A stretch of DNA of 64,000 bases from Minisyncoccota bacterium (GTDB lineage: Bacteria; Patescibacteriota; Minisyncoccia; Phycocordibacterales; Phycocordibacteraceae): contig DASWXP010000002.1 in assembly GCA_036405415.1 (NCBI GenBank), positions 340,803 to 404,802 of the forward strand, given 5' to 3'. Below are positions 1 through 9,081 of the stretch, one piece after another (position 1 is the stretch's first letter; the number at the start of each line of letters is the position of its first letter). Made by a program: the position numbers and the translations under genes. The notes beneath the pieces are model-generated. The model was not told where the DNA came from, ran no database searches, and worked only from the letters and a program-made list of their open reading frames with translations.

Positions 1-686
1 TTTGCCTCAGCGAGACGCTTGTCCTCCTCGATCCTGAAGAGTTTCGCGCGCACTAGATCCATAGCCTTCTCGCGGTTGGCCTGCTGGCTGCGTTCTGAAG
101 ACACATGCGCTGACACCCCTGAAGGCGTATGCGTGATACGGACCGCAGTCTCCCGCTTGTTTACGTTCTGGCCGCCAGCGCCGCCTGAGCGCGCGAACTG
201 AATATCCAGGTCGTCAGGCGCAAGGACTATCTCCTCGTTCCCTGAGAGCACCGGCAACACCTCGACCAGCGCGAACGAAGTCTGGCGCTTGGCGTTCGCA
301 TTGAACGGCGAGATGCGCACCAGGCGGTGCACCCCGGCCTCATTCTTCAGCCTTCCGTACGCTCCTTTCCCTGAAACCTCAATAAGCACGTTGCGGAAAC
401 CGCCATGATCGTTCTCGTTGGCATGCAGTTCCCACGTATCCCACCCCTGGCTCGACGCATATCCCTCGTACATCCTGCGGAGCATGCGCGCGAAATCCTC
501 CGCGTCGTCACCTCCGGCTCCGGCAAGGATACCTATCGTTGCGGACCCTGCGTCATGCCCGTCTCCTGATCCTCCTTCTTTCAGGTTCTGATACTCGTGG
601 ATCACGCGCTGCGCGCTTACAGGGTCCTTCCAGAAATCCGGAGAGGCCATCAAAGCCTCGATCTCTGCGATGCGGTCCTCAGACAT
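1..686 (-). CDS. prfB: Peptide chain release factor 2, N-terminally shortened; runs off the window start
   Basis: Manual translation: MSEDRIAEIEALMASPDFWKD...AGAGGDDAEDF...GVHRLVRISPF (SPF motif of RF2)...SGGAGGQNVNK (GGQ motif). No frameshift site. Confidence 0.93.
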   Translation of the reverse strand, partial: MSEDRIAEIEALMASPDFWKDPVSAQRVIHEYQNLKEGGSGDGHDAGSATIGILAGAGGDDAEDFARMLRRMYEGYASSQGWDTWELHANENDHGGFRNVLIEVSGKGAYGRLKNEAGVHRLVRISPFNANAKRQTSFALVEVLPVLSGNEEIVLAPDDLDIQFARSGGAGGQNVNKRETAVRITHTPSGVSAHVSSERSQQANREKAMDLVRAKLFRIEEDKRLAEA

Positions 687-711
687 AGGACGAGTGTACC
701 CTACCTAAGGA

Positions 712-749
712 CGAAGCGCCTGCGGAACTAGAGTTCCGCAGGCGCTTCG
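712..749. terminator. 18-bp perfect inverted repeat downstream of tRNA-Thr(CGT)
   Basis: CGAAGCGCCTGCGGAACT-ag-AGTTCCGCAGGCGCTTCG. Confidence 0.7.
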
Positions 750-752
750 CGC

Positions 753-828
753 TGGAGCCACCGGCCAGGATTGAACTGGCGACCTTTTCGTTACGAGTGA
801 AATGCTCTACCAACTGAGCTACGGTGGC
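753..828 (-). tRNA. tRNA-Thr(CGT)
   Basis: Cloverleaf GCCACCGTAGCTCAG...CTCGTAA...GTTCAATC...GGTGGCTCCA; CCA encoded. Confidence 0.95.
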
Positions 829-863
829 GGTCCCGTCTACCATAGCGGGAAACGCGCTCCGGT

Positions 864-1481
864 TCAAGACTTCGGCTTCCAGAGCAGGCTCGCAGCAAGC
901 GCGCCGATAATAGCGCCGAGGAAGTTAACCGTAAGGTCGACCGCGGTGTTGTAGTACCCGCCGACATTCGAGTCCGGGACCGAGAGCTTGGCAGCGAACT
1001 CGATGATCTCGTTGATCGCCCCCATACCCATGGAAGCGAGGACCGCGAACACGAAGAGGCCGAACGCATGGAACCTACTGTCACGCCTCAAGAAGAAATA
1101 TGAAAGCACGCTCGCAACCAGCGATCCGTACGTATGCACGATCTGGTCGAACTTAATGAAGGTTAGGCCGGTCGGGTTCTCAATATAGACCGGCACGTAG
1201 TTGTACAGCACGTCGCCGTTAACGAGCACTGCTGCCCCGAGCATGTGCAACAGCCCAACGGAGGACAACATCCATAAAAGCCACGCCGGAACGCATTGAT
1301 GCGAGAGGACGCAGCCGCCAAGGATGACGAGCAGCACGATAACGGCTATGTATCCGAGGAATTCGCTGTTCCCTATGGAAACGAAATGGAACGCGGCGAA
1401 TACGGTGTAGAGGACGGTGAACAAGAGCGGCAGGAGGCGCGAGAGCGTGAGGTTCTCGAGCGAGGTTCGTATGAATTGCAT
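864..1481 (-). CDS. Multi-pass membrane protein, DUF2238/YjdF-like
   Basis: Hydrophobic helices; FDQIVH, NEIIEF and NTAVDL motifs; start MQFIRT lies 6 nt after TATCTT. Confidence 0.7.
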   Translation of the reverse strand: MQFIRTSLENLTLSRLLPLLFTVLYTVFAAFHFVSIGNSEFLGYIAVIVLLVILGGCVLSHQCVPAWLLWMLSSVGLLHMLGAAVLVNGDVLYNYVPVYIENPTGLTFIKFDQIVHTYGSLVASVLSYFFLRRDSRFHAFGLFVFAVLASMGMGAINEIIEFAAKLSVPDSNVGGYYNTAVDLTVNFLGAIIGALAASLLWKPKS

Positions 1482-1563
1482 GACGTGAAGATACCGATAC
1501 CTACATGAAGAGTTCATAAAGCAAAAGGGCGCGGTATGGTCCGCGCCCTCGAAAGCTTCTGCT

Positions 1564-1743
1564 TTATGGTCGATCATCGCGAGGATGACTGCCGTCCTGG
1601 TAGAGGTCGTCACCGGGGCGCGTGCGCGAGTCCGGCTGGTAGTCGTCCGGACGCGCATGACCCATGGTCCTGGGCTTGATCTCGCCAACGGAATGTTGTC
1701 CCGTCGGATCAGACCCGTCCCAGGTGTTTGTCGTCTCGGTCAT
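1564..1743 (-). CDS. Small acidic, disordered hypothetical protein (59 aa)
   Basis: Strong SD (GAGGGAGG) before the ATG; hairpin at about 1526-1549 after the stop. Confidence 0.5.
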   Translation of the reverse strand: MTETTNTWDGSDPTGQHSVGEIKPRTMGHARPDDYQPDSRTRPGDDLYQDGSHPRDDRP

Positions 1744-1858
1744 CAGAAATCCTCCCTCAGGATCTGGTTGGAACAAAAATCAGGCTTCGCATTGCTGCGA
1801 AGCCACCACTCTCGCCCGTATCCGCCCTTTTGTAAAGCGGTGTTGTGCACTGTGTCGG

Positions 1859-1931
1859 AGCCGATGCCCGGGATTGAACCGGGGACCTCGTCCTTACCAT
1901 GGACGCGCTCTACCGACTGAGCTACATCGGC
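1859..1931 (-). tRNA. tRNA-Thr(GGT)
   Basis: GCCGATGTAGCTCAG...CGTCC-ATGGTAA-GGACG...GTTCAATC; CCA not encoded. Confidence 0.95.
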
Positions 1932-2040
1932 AATGTCCGCCGGAGCGGACTTTCTGAGAGTACGGCATTTCTCTCTGGTTTTCAACCGAAGGCAGCCCAC
2001 TTCACGATCCGTTCCGAAACCGCCCTGTACCATATATGGA

Positions 2041-2772
2041 ATGCAGATACGAATAGTGGTTGCGAACATCCAGTCGGGCATCGGCGTGACCAGAGGGTAC
2101 CGGCAGTACCTCACGAGCAGCTGGCGGTATATCCTCCCGCATGACGGTCCCGGGGCGCTCGGCGCAGGAGCGTTTCTGCGCGCGGAAGACGCTGATGTCG
2201 CGCTTCTCACAGAAGTCGACGCGGGTTCTCGCAGGTCGCGCGGCATCTCGCAGATCGATGCGATCGCTCTTGAAGCAGGACTCTCGCATGCCCGGTTCTT
2301 CCCTACGAGAAGCGTGGGAACCTCAATCAACGAAGGGAACGCGGTGCTGTCCCGCTTCCCTATCCTCAGCACTAGGACGCACCCACTCAAGAGCGGCGTG
2401 AACCCGAGAGTGCTTGGAGAAGCGATCATCAACGCAGGTGGCACACCGCTTACCGTGCTGGTCGCGCATCTTGCGCTCGGTACGCGCCTGCGCGAGTCGC
2501 AGATCGCGGAGATCGCCGCGCGCGTGAAGGAAGTCGAGGGGCCGCTCATACTCGGCGGCGACTTCAACGAGCGGGACCAGAGCGCCTTCAGGCTCCTGCT
2601 ACAAGCCGGTCTTGCTTCGGTTGCAGTGCCGAGCTACCCCTCCTGGAAGCCGCGCCATGCGCTCCAGATGCTCTTCCATACGAGAGACATACGCATCGAG
2701 AGCGCGGCCGTGCCTCCGGATTCTCGCTTCTCGGACCACCTCCCGCTTATCGTAGCGGCAGCACTGGATTGA
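2041..2772 (+). CDS. Endonuclease/exonuclease/phosphatase (EEP) family protein
   Basis: VANIQ, LTEVD, GNAVLSRFP, GGDFN and SDHLP motifs. Confidence 0.9.
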   Translation: MQIRIVVANIQSGIGVTRGYRQYLTSSWRYILPHDGPGALGAGAFLRAEDADVALLTEVDAGSRRSRGISQIDAIALEAGLSHARFFPTRSVGTSINEGNAVLSRFPILSTRTHPLKSGVNPRVLGEAIINAGGTPLTVLVAHLALGTRLRESQIAEIAARVKEVEGPLILGGDFNERDQSAFRLLLQAGLASVAVPSYPSWKPRHALQMLFHTRDIRIESAAVPPDSRFSDHLPLIVAAALD

Positions 2773-2841
2773 AGTGCTTACGAACGAGAACTCAACTGGC
2801 ACAAAGCACAAAACCGCCCTTCCGGACGGTTTCGTGACGTG

Positions 2842-2915
2842 CGCGGTCGACGAGACTTGAACTCGCAACCTCCCGCGTGACAGGCGGGTGCTCTAACCAG
2901 TTGAGCTACGACCGC
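2842..2915 (-). tRNA. tRNA-Asp(GTC)
   Basis: GCGGTCGTAGCTCAACTGG...CCCGC-CTGTCAC-GCGGG...GTTCAAGT. Confidence 0.95.
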
Positions 2916-2965
2916 AAACAGCGCACGAGTCGAAATATAGCCTGTTTATAGGCTATACACAACCC

Positions 2966-3042
2966 TGGTGTCGGGGGTGGGGAATGATCCCACGACCTTA
3001 GCGTTATGAGTGCTACGCTCTAACCAACTGAGCTACCCCGAC
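2966..3042 (-). tRNA. tRNA-Met(CAT), elongator type, with an atypical T-loop
   Basis: GTCGGGGTAGCTCAG...TAGCA-CTCATAA-CGCTA...GTGGG-ATCATTC-CCCAC...ACCA; position 1:72 paired. Confidence 0.88.
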
Positions 3043-3076
3043 AATACACGCACCATACTATATGGAGCGCAGCGGT

Positions 3077-3772
3077 TCAACGGCCGCTTGAGAGGATTTC
3101 CTCTGCTTTAGCGAGGTCCTCCGGCGCCGTTATCTGGATCCACGACGTGGCCGGCACGGCCCAGAGCGGAATCCCACTTTCCTTGGAGGCAGCGAGTACC
3201 GTCTGTGGCAAGCCGTACTCGTCGCTCCCTTCCGCTTTCGGAACCATTGGATAGTCAAAGACGCGGGGATCAAGCGCGAGCATGTTCGTATTCATAAGAC
3301 CTGGCTTGCCCCGATGATCCCCTTCCTCGATAGCGACGATATGCCCGGTATCGTCCATCACCATGCGGCCTCCTGAGCCCATCTGCTCTGTCTCTTCGAC
3401 AAGCACGCTCCAGTCCGGGGAACGAAGACAGGTCTCGACATCCTCGCGCGCGTAGAGGTCGTCCCCCATCATCACCACGAACCGGTCCGTGAGGTACGGC
3501 TTCGCGAGCGCGAGCGCGCCCATGGTCCCATCCAGGTTCTCCTGCACGGCATAGCGGATGGTTCTTCCCTCGAACGAACCTCCGAATGCGCTCCGGATAA
3601 CGTCGCCCTGGTAGCCGACGACAATGATGACCTCGTCGACCTCTGGCGGAAGCGCATCAAGCTTATGCTCGATGAGCGACTTCCCGTGCACAGTAAGCAT
3701 GGGCTTCGGAACGGAATCCGTAAGCTCCTTCATGCGAGTGCCGCGGCCTGCGGCGAGAATGACAGCTTGCAT
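3077..3772 (-). CDS. Sugar-phosphate nucleotidyltransferase (GlmU-N/RmlA-like)
   Basis: AVILAAGRGTRM...PKPML and MGDDL motifs. Confidence 0.9.
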   Translation of the reverse strand: MQAVILAAGRGTRMKELTDSVPKPMLTVHGKSLIEHKLDALPPEVDEVIIVVGYQGDVIRSAFGGSFEGRTIRYAVQENLDGTMGALALAKPYLTDRFVVMMGDDLYAREDVETCLRSPDWSVLVEETEQMGSGGRMVMDDTGHIVAIEEGDHRGKPGLMNTNMLALDPRVFDYPMVPKAEGSDEYGLPQTVLAASKESGIPLWAVPATSWIQITAPEDLAKAEEILSSGR

Positions 3773-3774
3773 AC

Positions 3775-4818
3775 TTAGAGTGCTTCAAGCACAGAAGCCG
3801 CTTGGTTACTGTCTGGCACCACTACAGACGGCTCGCTCATGGCGTTATACGCAAGGACTGAGAGCGAGACGACAAGAATCGCGAGACCTCCGCTCAGCAC
3901 CTCTCGGTACGCAACCTTCGCATGGAAGACAATTGCGAGCGTAAGCAGGATACCTACCAGCACGGCAAGCGTGGCGAGTACATACATGAGCGTCTGTGCT
4001 GGAGACGTAGCCGCCTGCGCCGCAAAATCAGTTGCCGTAGTAACTACCTCTACTTCGGAACCTTCTTCTTGAGGCGTTGGAGCCGCTACTTCCGCTGGTA
4101 CCATCGGCTCAGTGACTGACGGCTCCTCTGCCATCGTTTCTGCCTCAATACCGAGCACTTGTTCTTCTCCGGTAGGCTCTGGCGCTTGCGTGAGAGAGCT
4201 TTCGATTTCTGCTTTAGGCTGGGGCGCTGCAGAAGCAGCGGCTTTCGGTGTTGCAAAGAACTGTACTACGAACGTAGTGTCCCGGCCCTGATAGGTTCCT
4301 TGCGCTACTCCGATACCAATACGCGTGTACTGAGACTTCACGATGTTTGCGTGATGAGTCGGCGACTTCATCCATGCCTCTTGAACGTCCTCTGAGTCCG
4401 TGAAGTTAACCGCGAGGTTCTCGCCCGCGTAGCTATACTCGTACCCCACCTGCTTCAGCCAGTACCATGGCTGCCGCCCTTCCGGATCAACGTGAGAGAA
4501 ATATCCGCGAGCGGCCATGTCCTCGGCCTTCAGCTGTGCCGCACGGGCAAGATGCGTATCTTCCTGGAGTGCGCTGATTCCGGCCTCTGCACGGTCTTCA
4601 TTAGTAAGCGTAGCAAGTACTCCGGGAAGGACCGATGCGAGGAAGTTCGTTTCCTGGAAGACGAACCGGGTCTGAACGAAATACGCCGCCTGGAGAAGAA
4701 GTATCAGCGCCACGACCGTGACCACGCCGCCAAGCGTGAACAATAGCGGCTTATACGCATTACGCTCATGCGGGAGAAGCGCGTCGTAGAAGTGGTGACG
4801 GAGCTTTTTTCGCGCCAT
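3775..4818 (-). CDS. CAP (SCP/YkwD) domain membrane protein
   Basis: KAEDMAARGYFSH, AGENLA and WMKSPTHHANI motifs; TM helices at both ends. Confidence 0.9.
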   Translation of the reverse strand: MARKKLRHHFYDALLPHERNAYKPLLFTLGGVVTVVALILLLQAAYFVQTRFVFQETNFLASVLPGVLATLTNEDRAEAGISALQEDTHLARAAQLKAEDMAARGYFSHVDPEGRQPWYWLKQVGYEYSYAGENLAVNFTDSEDVQEAWMKSPTHHANIVKSQYTRIGIGVAQGTYQGRDTTFVVQFFATPKAAASAAPQPKAEIESSLTQAPEPTGEEQVLGIEAETMAEEPSVTEPMVPAEVAAPTPQEEGSEVEVVTTATDFAAQAATSPAQTLMYVLATLAVLVGILLTLAIVFHAKVAYREVLSGGLAILVVSLSVLAYNAMSEPSVVVPDSNQAASVLEAL

Positions 4819-4846
4819 TAATATAAACAATACAACAGGAATAGAA

Positions 4847-4887
4847 AACAGCAATCCCCGCCGTTTCAAGGCGGGGATTGCTGTTTT
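4847..4887 (-). terminator. Intrinsic terminator of the surface-protein gene
   Basis: AAACAGCAATCCCCGCC-loop-GGCGGGGATTGCTGTTT. Confidence 0.75.
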
Positions 4888-4900
4888 ACGTCCTTAGAAC

Positions 4901-6541
4901 CTAGTTCGCAGGCGTCGTAGTGCCTGTGGTTTGCGCCGTCATCGTCGCAGCGACTGCTGCGCGCGTAAGCGGACCAAAGTATCCCGTTGACGGAACACCA
5001 TGTGTTGCCTGCCACTGCTTGAGCGCGGCCTGAGTCATCGGGCCGAACCATCCAGTTGGTGCCGGGATCGCGAGAAGACCAGCGTCGATAAGCATCTGCT
5101 GGAGCGCGTTTACATCAGCGCCTGTCTTGCCGTACCAGAGGTCAACCGTGAAGTTGTAGGTCGAGGCACCAAGGACCTGGCCCTGGCCAGGCGTAACGCT
5201 ATTTACCTGACCCGTGACGCTAGCGTTAGCATTTGCGTTCGAGTTGGTGTTTACCGTGCGGCGACTGGAGCCGCTCCGGCCAGAACTGCCACCATTGTTA
5301 TCATCTTCTGGCTGAGCAATAACCGGAGCGATCGTCGCCCAGTCATGCTGTTCAGAGAGAGTCGTGTTTTCTGCAACGATACCATTGACTGTGATGATAG
5401 CCTTTGCAGGTTTCTCTGCTGACTCCCACTCGCCGAGCGTCCAGTACTCTTCAGTTCCGTACGTAAGGTTCTGCGTGATGAACGGGGTGCTGAACTGCGT
5501 CGTGTTCTGTGCAAGCAGTTCGTTTAGCTTCGCGAGATTACCCTCATTGACGGCAAGGGTGTTTCCACTCGCGTCCTGAAGTTCAACCGTGAGTTCAGTA
5601 AACGTGCTGATGTTCGACACATTGAAGCCAACATTGATACCTGTGTAGTCGGTACCTGCGTGAGTGTTGAAGTTCTCTGCATTCACAGCAGGGATGATGG
5701 ACTCCCACGCATGCTGTTCAGAAAGCGTCGTATTCTCTACCTCGATACCGTTAACGGTAATAACTGCGGTCGAAGGCTTTGCATAGGACTTCCACTCGCC
5801 GAGCGTCCAGTACTCTTCCGTTCCGTAGGTAAGGTTCTGCGTGATGAACGGGGTGCTGAGCTGAGCTGCACCATTGACGAGAAGTGGGTTGAGCTTAGCA
5901 GCTACACCCGTGTTAGTAACGATTTCATCGCCATTAGCGTCCCTGAGCTCGACCGTAACATCGTCAAGGTTTGCCATGTTCGTAACCCGGAATCCGACGT
6001 TGATGCCCTTGTAGTCAGTACCAGAATGGGTGTTGAAATTCTCAGCAGTTACACCAGGAACAATGCTTTCCCAGGTCGGCCAACTACCACCTTCGTTAAA
6101 GCTTGAGTTAGTGGTTACGAGATCGCCGTCAGCAGTACTTACGGTAATAGTAACGCTTACAGGTCGAGTATCGACACTCCATGCTGCAGGAGCAGGATTC
6201 CAATAGAGCGTGTCACCTGCCTCAGTAAAGGAACCTTCCTTTATAACGAATGGGGTCGTGAGCTGATTGGTGCCTGGTGAATTAATGATGCCAAGCACAC
6301 CAGCATTTGCTGTTTTAGTTACGCTTGAACCGTCTGCACGGTTCAAGGTTACAGTTACCGCTGTTGCGTTTGTAATATCGGTTGTACGGAAACCGACACT
6401 TATGCCCTTGTAGCTTCCATCGACGGTCACGAACTCCTCAGCATCCACCGCTGGAGCGGCATAGACGCTTACAGGAGCTATGGCTGTGAGAAGCGCGAAC
6501 GCAGAAACCATGCTCGCGAGCTTAGTAAAGGTATTAGTCAT
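4901..6541 (-). CDS. Secreted surface protein with three tandem domains and a C-terminal PG-binding domain
   Basis: Signal peptide; repeated AENFNTH-G-DY-GINVGF...STPFITQN units; C-terminal GADVNALQQML...GWFGPMTQAALKQWQ. Confidence 0.8.
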   Translation of the reverse strand: MTNTFTKLASMVSAFALLTAIAPVSVYAAPAVDAEEFVTVDGSYKGISVGFRTTDITNATAVTVTLNRADGSSVTKTANAGVLGIINSPGTNQLTTPFVIKEGSFTEAGDTLYWNPAPAAWSVDTRPVSVTITVSTADGDLVTTNSSFNEGGSWPTWESIVPGVTAENFNTHSGTDYKGINVGFRVTNMANLDDVTVELRDANGDEIVTNTGVAAKLNPLLVNGAAQLSTPFITQNLTYGTEEYWTLGEWKSYAKPSTAVITVNGIEVENTTLSEQHAWESIIPAVNAENFNTHAGTDYTGINVGFNVSNISTFTELTVELQDASGNTLAVNEGNLAKLNELLAQNTTQFSTPFITQNLTYGTEEYWTLGEWESAEKPAKAIITVNGIVAENTTLSEQHDWATIAPVIAQPEDDNNGGSSGRSGSSRRTVNTNSNANANASVTGQVNSVTPGQGQVLGASTYNFTVDLWYGKTGADVNALQQMLIDAGLLAIPAPTGWFGPMTQAALKQWQATHGVPSTGYFGPLTRAAVAATMTAQTTGTTTPAN

Positions 6542-6751
6542 AAGTTTGCCTAATAGAAGTAATCGCCCGTTATTACCCCAGGTATGCCACTGCAACCTGC
6601 CCCAGTAATACCTTCACCCTATTCTTCTCAACTCATTTGTCAATAAAAGTTTCTGTTGTGACATGATAAAAAATTCATGTTTTCTTTATGTCTATTCTGA
6701 TCACTTTCAGAGAACGATGCCGCCAGTTTGCGCATGCGGTACCATAGGTCT

Positions 6752-7846
6752 ATGAAATCCTTTAGCGCACTTCTACTTGGAGCACTTCTATTCCTTCCCT
6801 TCACAGGATTTGCTCAAGGAGTAGAAGAGCAGCGTCTCTTGAAGGCGCGTGTGCTCGAAGCCTCCCCTACCACCGAACGGGTCGTGGAAGGTACGAGCAT
6901 CGTGACCGAGACCCAGACCCTCACTATCGAGGTGCTCGAGGGCGAAGACCGGGGACGGACCGCTACCTTCGAGAACGATTTCACGCAGCTTGAGGAAGGC
7001 GACATATTCTACGTACGCCATACGGTCGGCGGATTCGATCTTGAGACCTGGGCGGTCTCAGACCCGTATCGCCTCGACGTACTCATGTGGGTGGGCCTCG
7101 CGTTCCTTGCACTAGTGTTCCTCTTCGGAGGACTCCAGGGCATCCGCGGACTCGCTTCGCTTGCCGGAAGCCTCGTGCTTATCTTCTACCTCCTCCTGCC
7201 CGGCATCTATAGCGGCGGGTCTCCAATTCTCATATCACTTGGCGTGGCAGGACTCATCATCATCGTGGGTTCCTACGTGACGCACGGCGTAAACAAGACC
7301 ACGACCGCAGCCATGCTCGGCATGCTCGCGACAATCCTCGTCACGGGCCTTGCGACCTATCTCGTTATCGGCATGGCCTCGCTCTCGGGATTCACTTCCG
7401 AGGAGAACGCGTACCTTAACTTCGCGACCAGCGGCACGCTCGACATGGTTGGCCTCCTGTTCGGCGGCATCATGATCGGTCTTCTCGGCGTCCTCTATGA
7501 CAGTGCGATTGGCCAGGCGGTCGCGGTAGAAGAGCTGTATACCGCGGGCACGAATTACACCCGCAAGCAGGTATATCTGCGCGCGCTTCGGATCGGGCGC
7601 GAGCATATCGGCGCCTTGGTTAACACGCTCGCTATCGCATACGTAGGTGCGTCGCTCCCGCTCCTGCTTCTCCTGAAGCAGTCGACGGCGAGTCCGCTCT
7701 ATCTTCTCAATAGCGAGATCTTCGCCACGGAGATCATCCGCATTCTCATGGGAAGCATCGGTGTGATACTCGCCGTGCCGATCACGACGCTCATCGCCAC
7801 ATCGCTCCTCAAGGGAACAAAGCCTTCTGGGATCCACGCGCATTAG
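6752..7846 (+). CDS. YibE/F family membrane protein
   Basis: IGLLGVLYD, IGREHIGALVNTLAIAY and EIIRILMGSIG motifs. Confidence 0.88.
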   Translation: MKSFSALLLGALLFLPFTGFAQGVEEQRLLKARVLEASPTTERVVEGTSIVTETQTLTIEVLEGEDRGRTATFENDFTQLEEGDIFYVRHTVGGFDLETWAVSDPYRLDVLMWVGLAFLALVFLFGGLQGIRGLASLAGSLVLIFYLLLPGIYSGGSPILISLGVAGLIIIVGSYVTHGVNKTTTAAMLGMLATILVTGLATYLVIGMASLSGFTSEENAYLNFATSGTLDMVGLLFGGIMIGLLGVLYDSAIGQAVAVEELYTAGTNYTRKQVYLRALRIGREHIGALVNTLAIAYVGASLPLLLLLKQSTASPLYLLNSEIFATEIIRILMGSIGVILAVPITTLIATSLLKGTKPSGIHAH

Positions 7847-7849
7847 CGC

Positions 7850-7908
7850 TTGACTCTATCCTCTGCTGGTATAGAGTGCTGGTATTACTAATGCAAATTA
7901 ATTGCATT
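7850..7908 (+). promoter_or_regulatory. Sigma70-type promoter followed by a palindromic Fur-family-like operator
   Basis: TTGACT-N16-TAGAGT (7850-7877), then AATGCAA-N5-TTGCATT (7890-7908), upstream of the CDF and fur genes. Confidence 0.65.
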
Positions 7909-7913
7909 TACCC

Positions 7914-8564
7914 ATGTCACTTACCACGTTTGCTAAGAATCATCCGCTCGCGATATACGGACTCGTCTGGCTATTGAGTCTCTTCATCGTGTCGCTCGAG
8001 CTCGTGGGCTCGGGCGTCTCCGGGAGTCAGGCGCTCCTTGCGGACGTAGGACATGTCGCAAGTGATACCCTGCTCGCGCTCGTCCCGCTCGCAGCGCTCC
8101 TCTTCGTGCGCCTCGGATGGAACTACCGCAAAGTCGCGTTCGTGAGCAGCCTCGCCGCGGTAGCGATTCTCCTGTGGGTTGGCGTGCACGTAGGCGGCGA
8201 AGCATGGGAAGCGCTCATGGGAGAGGAGCATCACGACCATGAAGTTAATGGCGTATTCCTCTTCCTATTCTCAGGCGTAGCAGCGATCGCGAACCTGATC
8301 CAGCACCGCCTTCTCTCGCGCATCGATCCTGAGCATCATCATGGCGCGCACCAGGGCCTCCATTTCCATGTACTCATGGACCTCGTGAAGAACGTGGCGC
8401 TCCCGGTGCTCGGCATCCTGATCGCGCTCGAGTTCCTCCCTGACCACGCGGACCTCTGGGCAGCGCTTGTTATCGGGGTGCTTCTCATCATCCGCGCCCT
8501 CATGCTTCTATATACGACCCTCTTCCAGGAGAAGCGCCTGCATGCAGGTCATGACCACGCCTAG
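7914..8564 (+). CDS. Cation diffusion facilitator (CDF) metal transporter, TM domain only
   Basis: SQALLADVGHVASD (TM2) and HVLMD (TM5) metal motifs; His-rich loops; no C-terminal domain. Confidence 0.82.
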   Translation: MSLTTFAKNHPLAIYGLVWLLSLFIVSLELVGSGVSGSQALLADVGHVASDTLLALVPLAALLFVRLGWNYRKVAFVSSLAAVAILLWVGVHVGGEAWEALMGEEHHDHEVNGVFLFLFSGVAAIANLIQHRLLSRIDPEHHHGAHQGLHFHVLMDLVKNVALPVLGILIALEFLPDHADLWAALVIGVLLIIRALMLLYTTLFQEKRLHAGHDHA

Positions 8565-8967
8565 CCACGAGCAGCTACTTCGCGATGCGGGACTGCGTGC
8601 CACGCCTGGGCGCATAGCCTTGCTCCACGCGCTCGCAAAGGAACCGAAGCCCGTACCGGTTGAGAAGCTCGCCAAGTCTCTCAAGGGGAAGCTCAACCAG
8701 GTGACCTTGTACCGAGCACTCGAGGCATTCGAGAACGCGAACATCGTGACCCGCGCAGGGCTCGGGCACGAGCACGCGCACTATGAACTTCTCCTTGACC
8801 GCCCGCATCACCACCATGCTGTATGCCGTGCCTGCGGACATGTCGAGGATATCGAGATCCCGCATTCACCTTCTCCCGAGAAGGATGCCGAACGACGCGC
8901 CAAGGGATTCGCTTCCATAGACCGCTATTCCCTTGAGTTCTTCGGGACCTGCCGCTCGTGCGCTTAG
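8551..8967 (+). CDS. Fur family transcriptional repressor (Zur/Mur-like)
   Basis: GLRATPGR, TLYRAL, HHHHAVCRACG and CRSC motifs. Confidence 0.92.
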   Translation: MTTPSHEQLLRDAGLRATPGRIALLHALAKEPKPVPVEKLAKSLKGKLNQVTLYRALEAFENANIVTRAGLGHEHAHYELLLDRPHHHHAVCRACGHVEDIEIPHSPSPEKDAERRAKGFASIDRYSLEFFGTCRSCA

Positions 8968-9081
8968 CGCTATACACACAGGCAGTAGCAGCACCTGGAA
9001 GCGGCACTTGCGGTGCTAGAATCTAGGTACAAATATGAATCCTTCATTCGGGACGCGCAGTGCTGTCCCGGCAGCTCGCGT

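Noticed and set aside
1482-1688. N-terminal extension of the 864..1688 ORF, and similar extensions on pilM, comF, rpsE, rpsH, pilD and the malic enzyme
   Set aside because: The extensions overlap other genes or terminators. Downstream ATGs with -10 elements or family-typical N-termini fit better.
2966-3042. tRNA-Ile2(CAT) identity
   Set aside because: A separate UAU Ile tRNA is present and this gene fits elongator Met. Not fully excluded without a covariance model.
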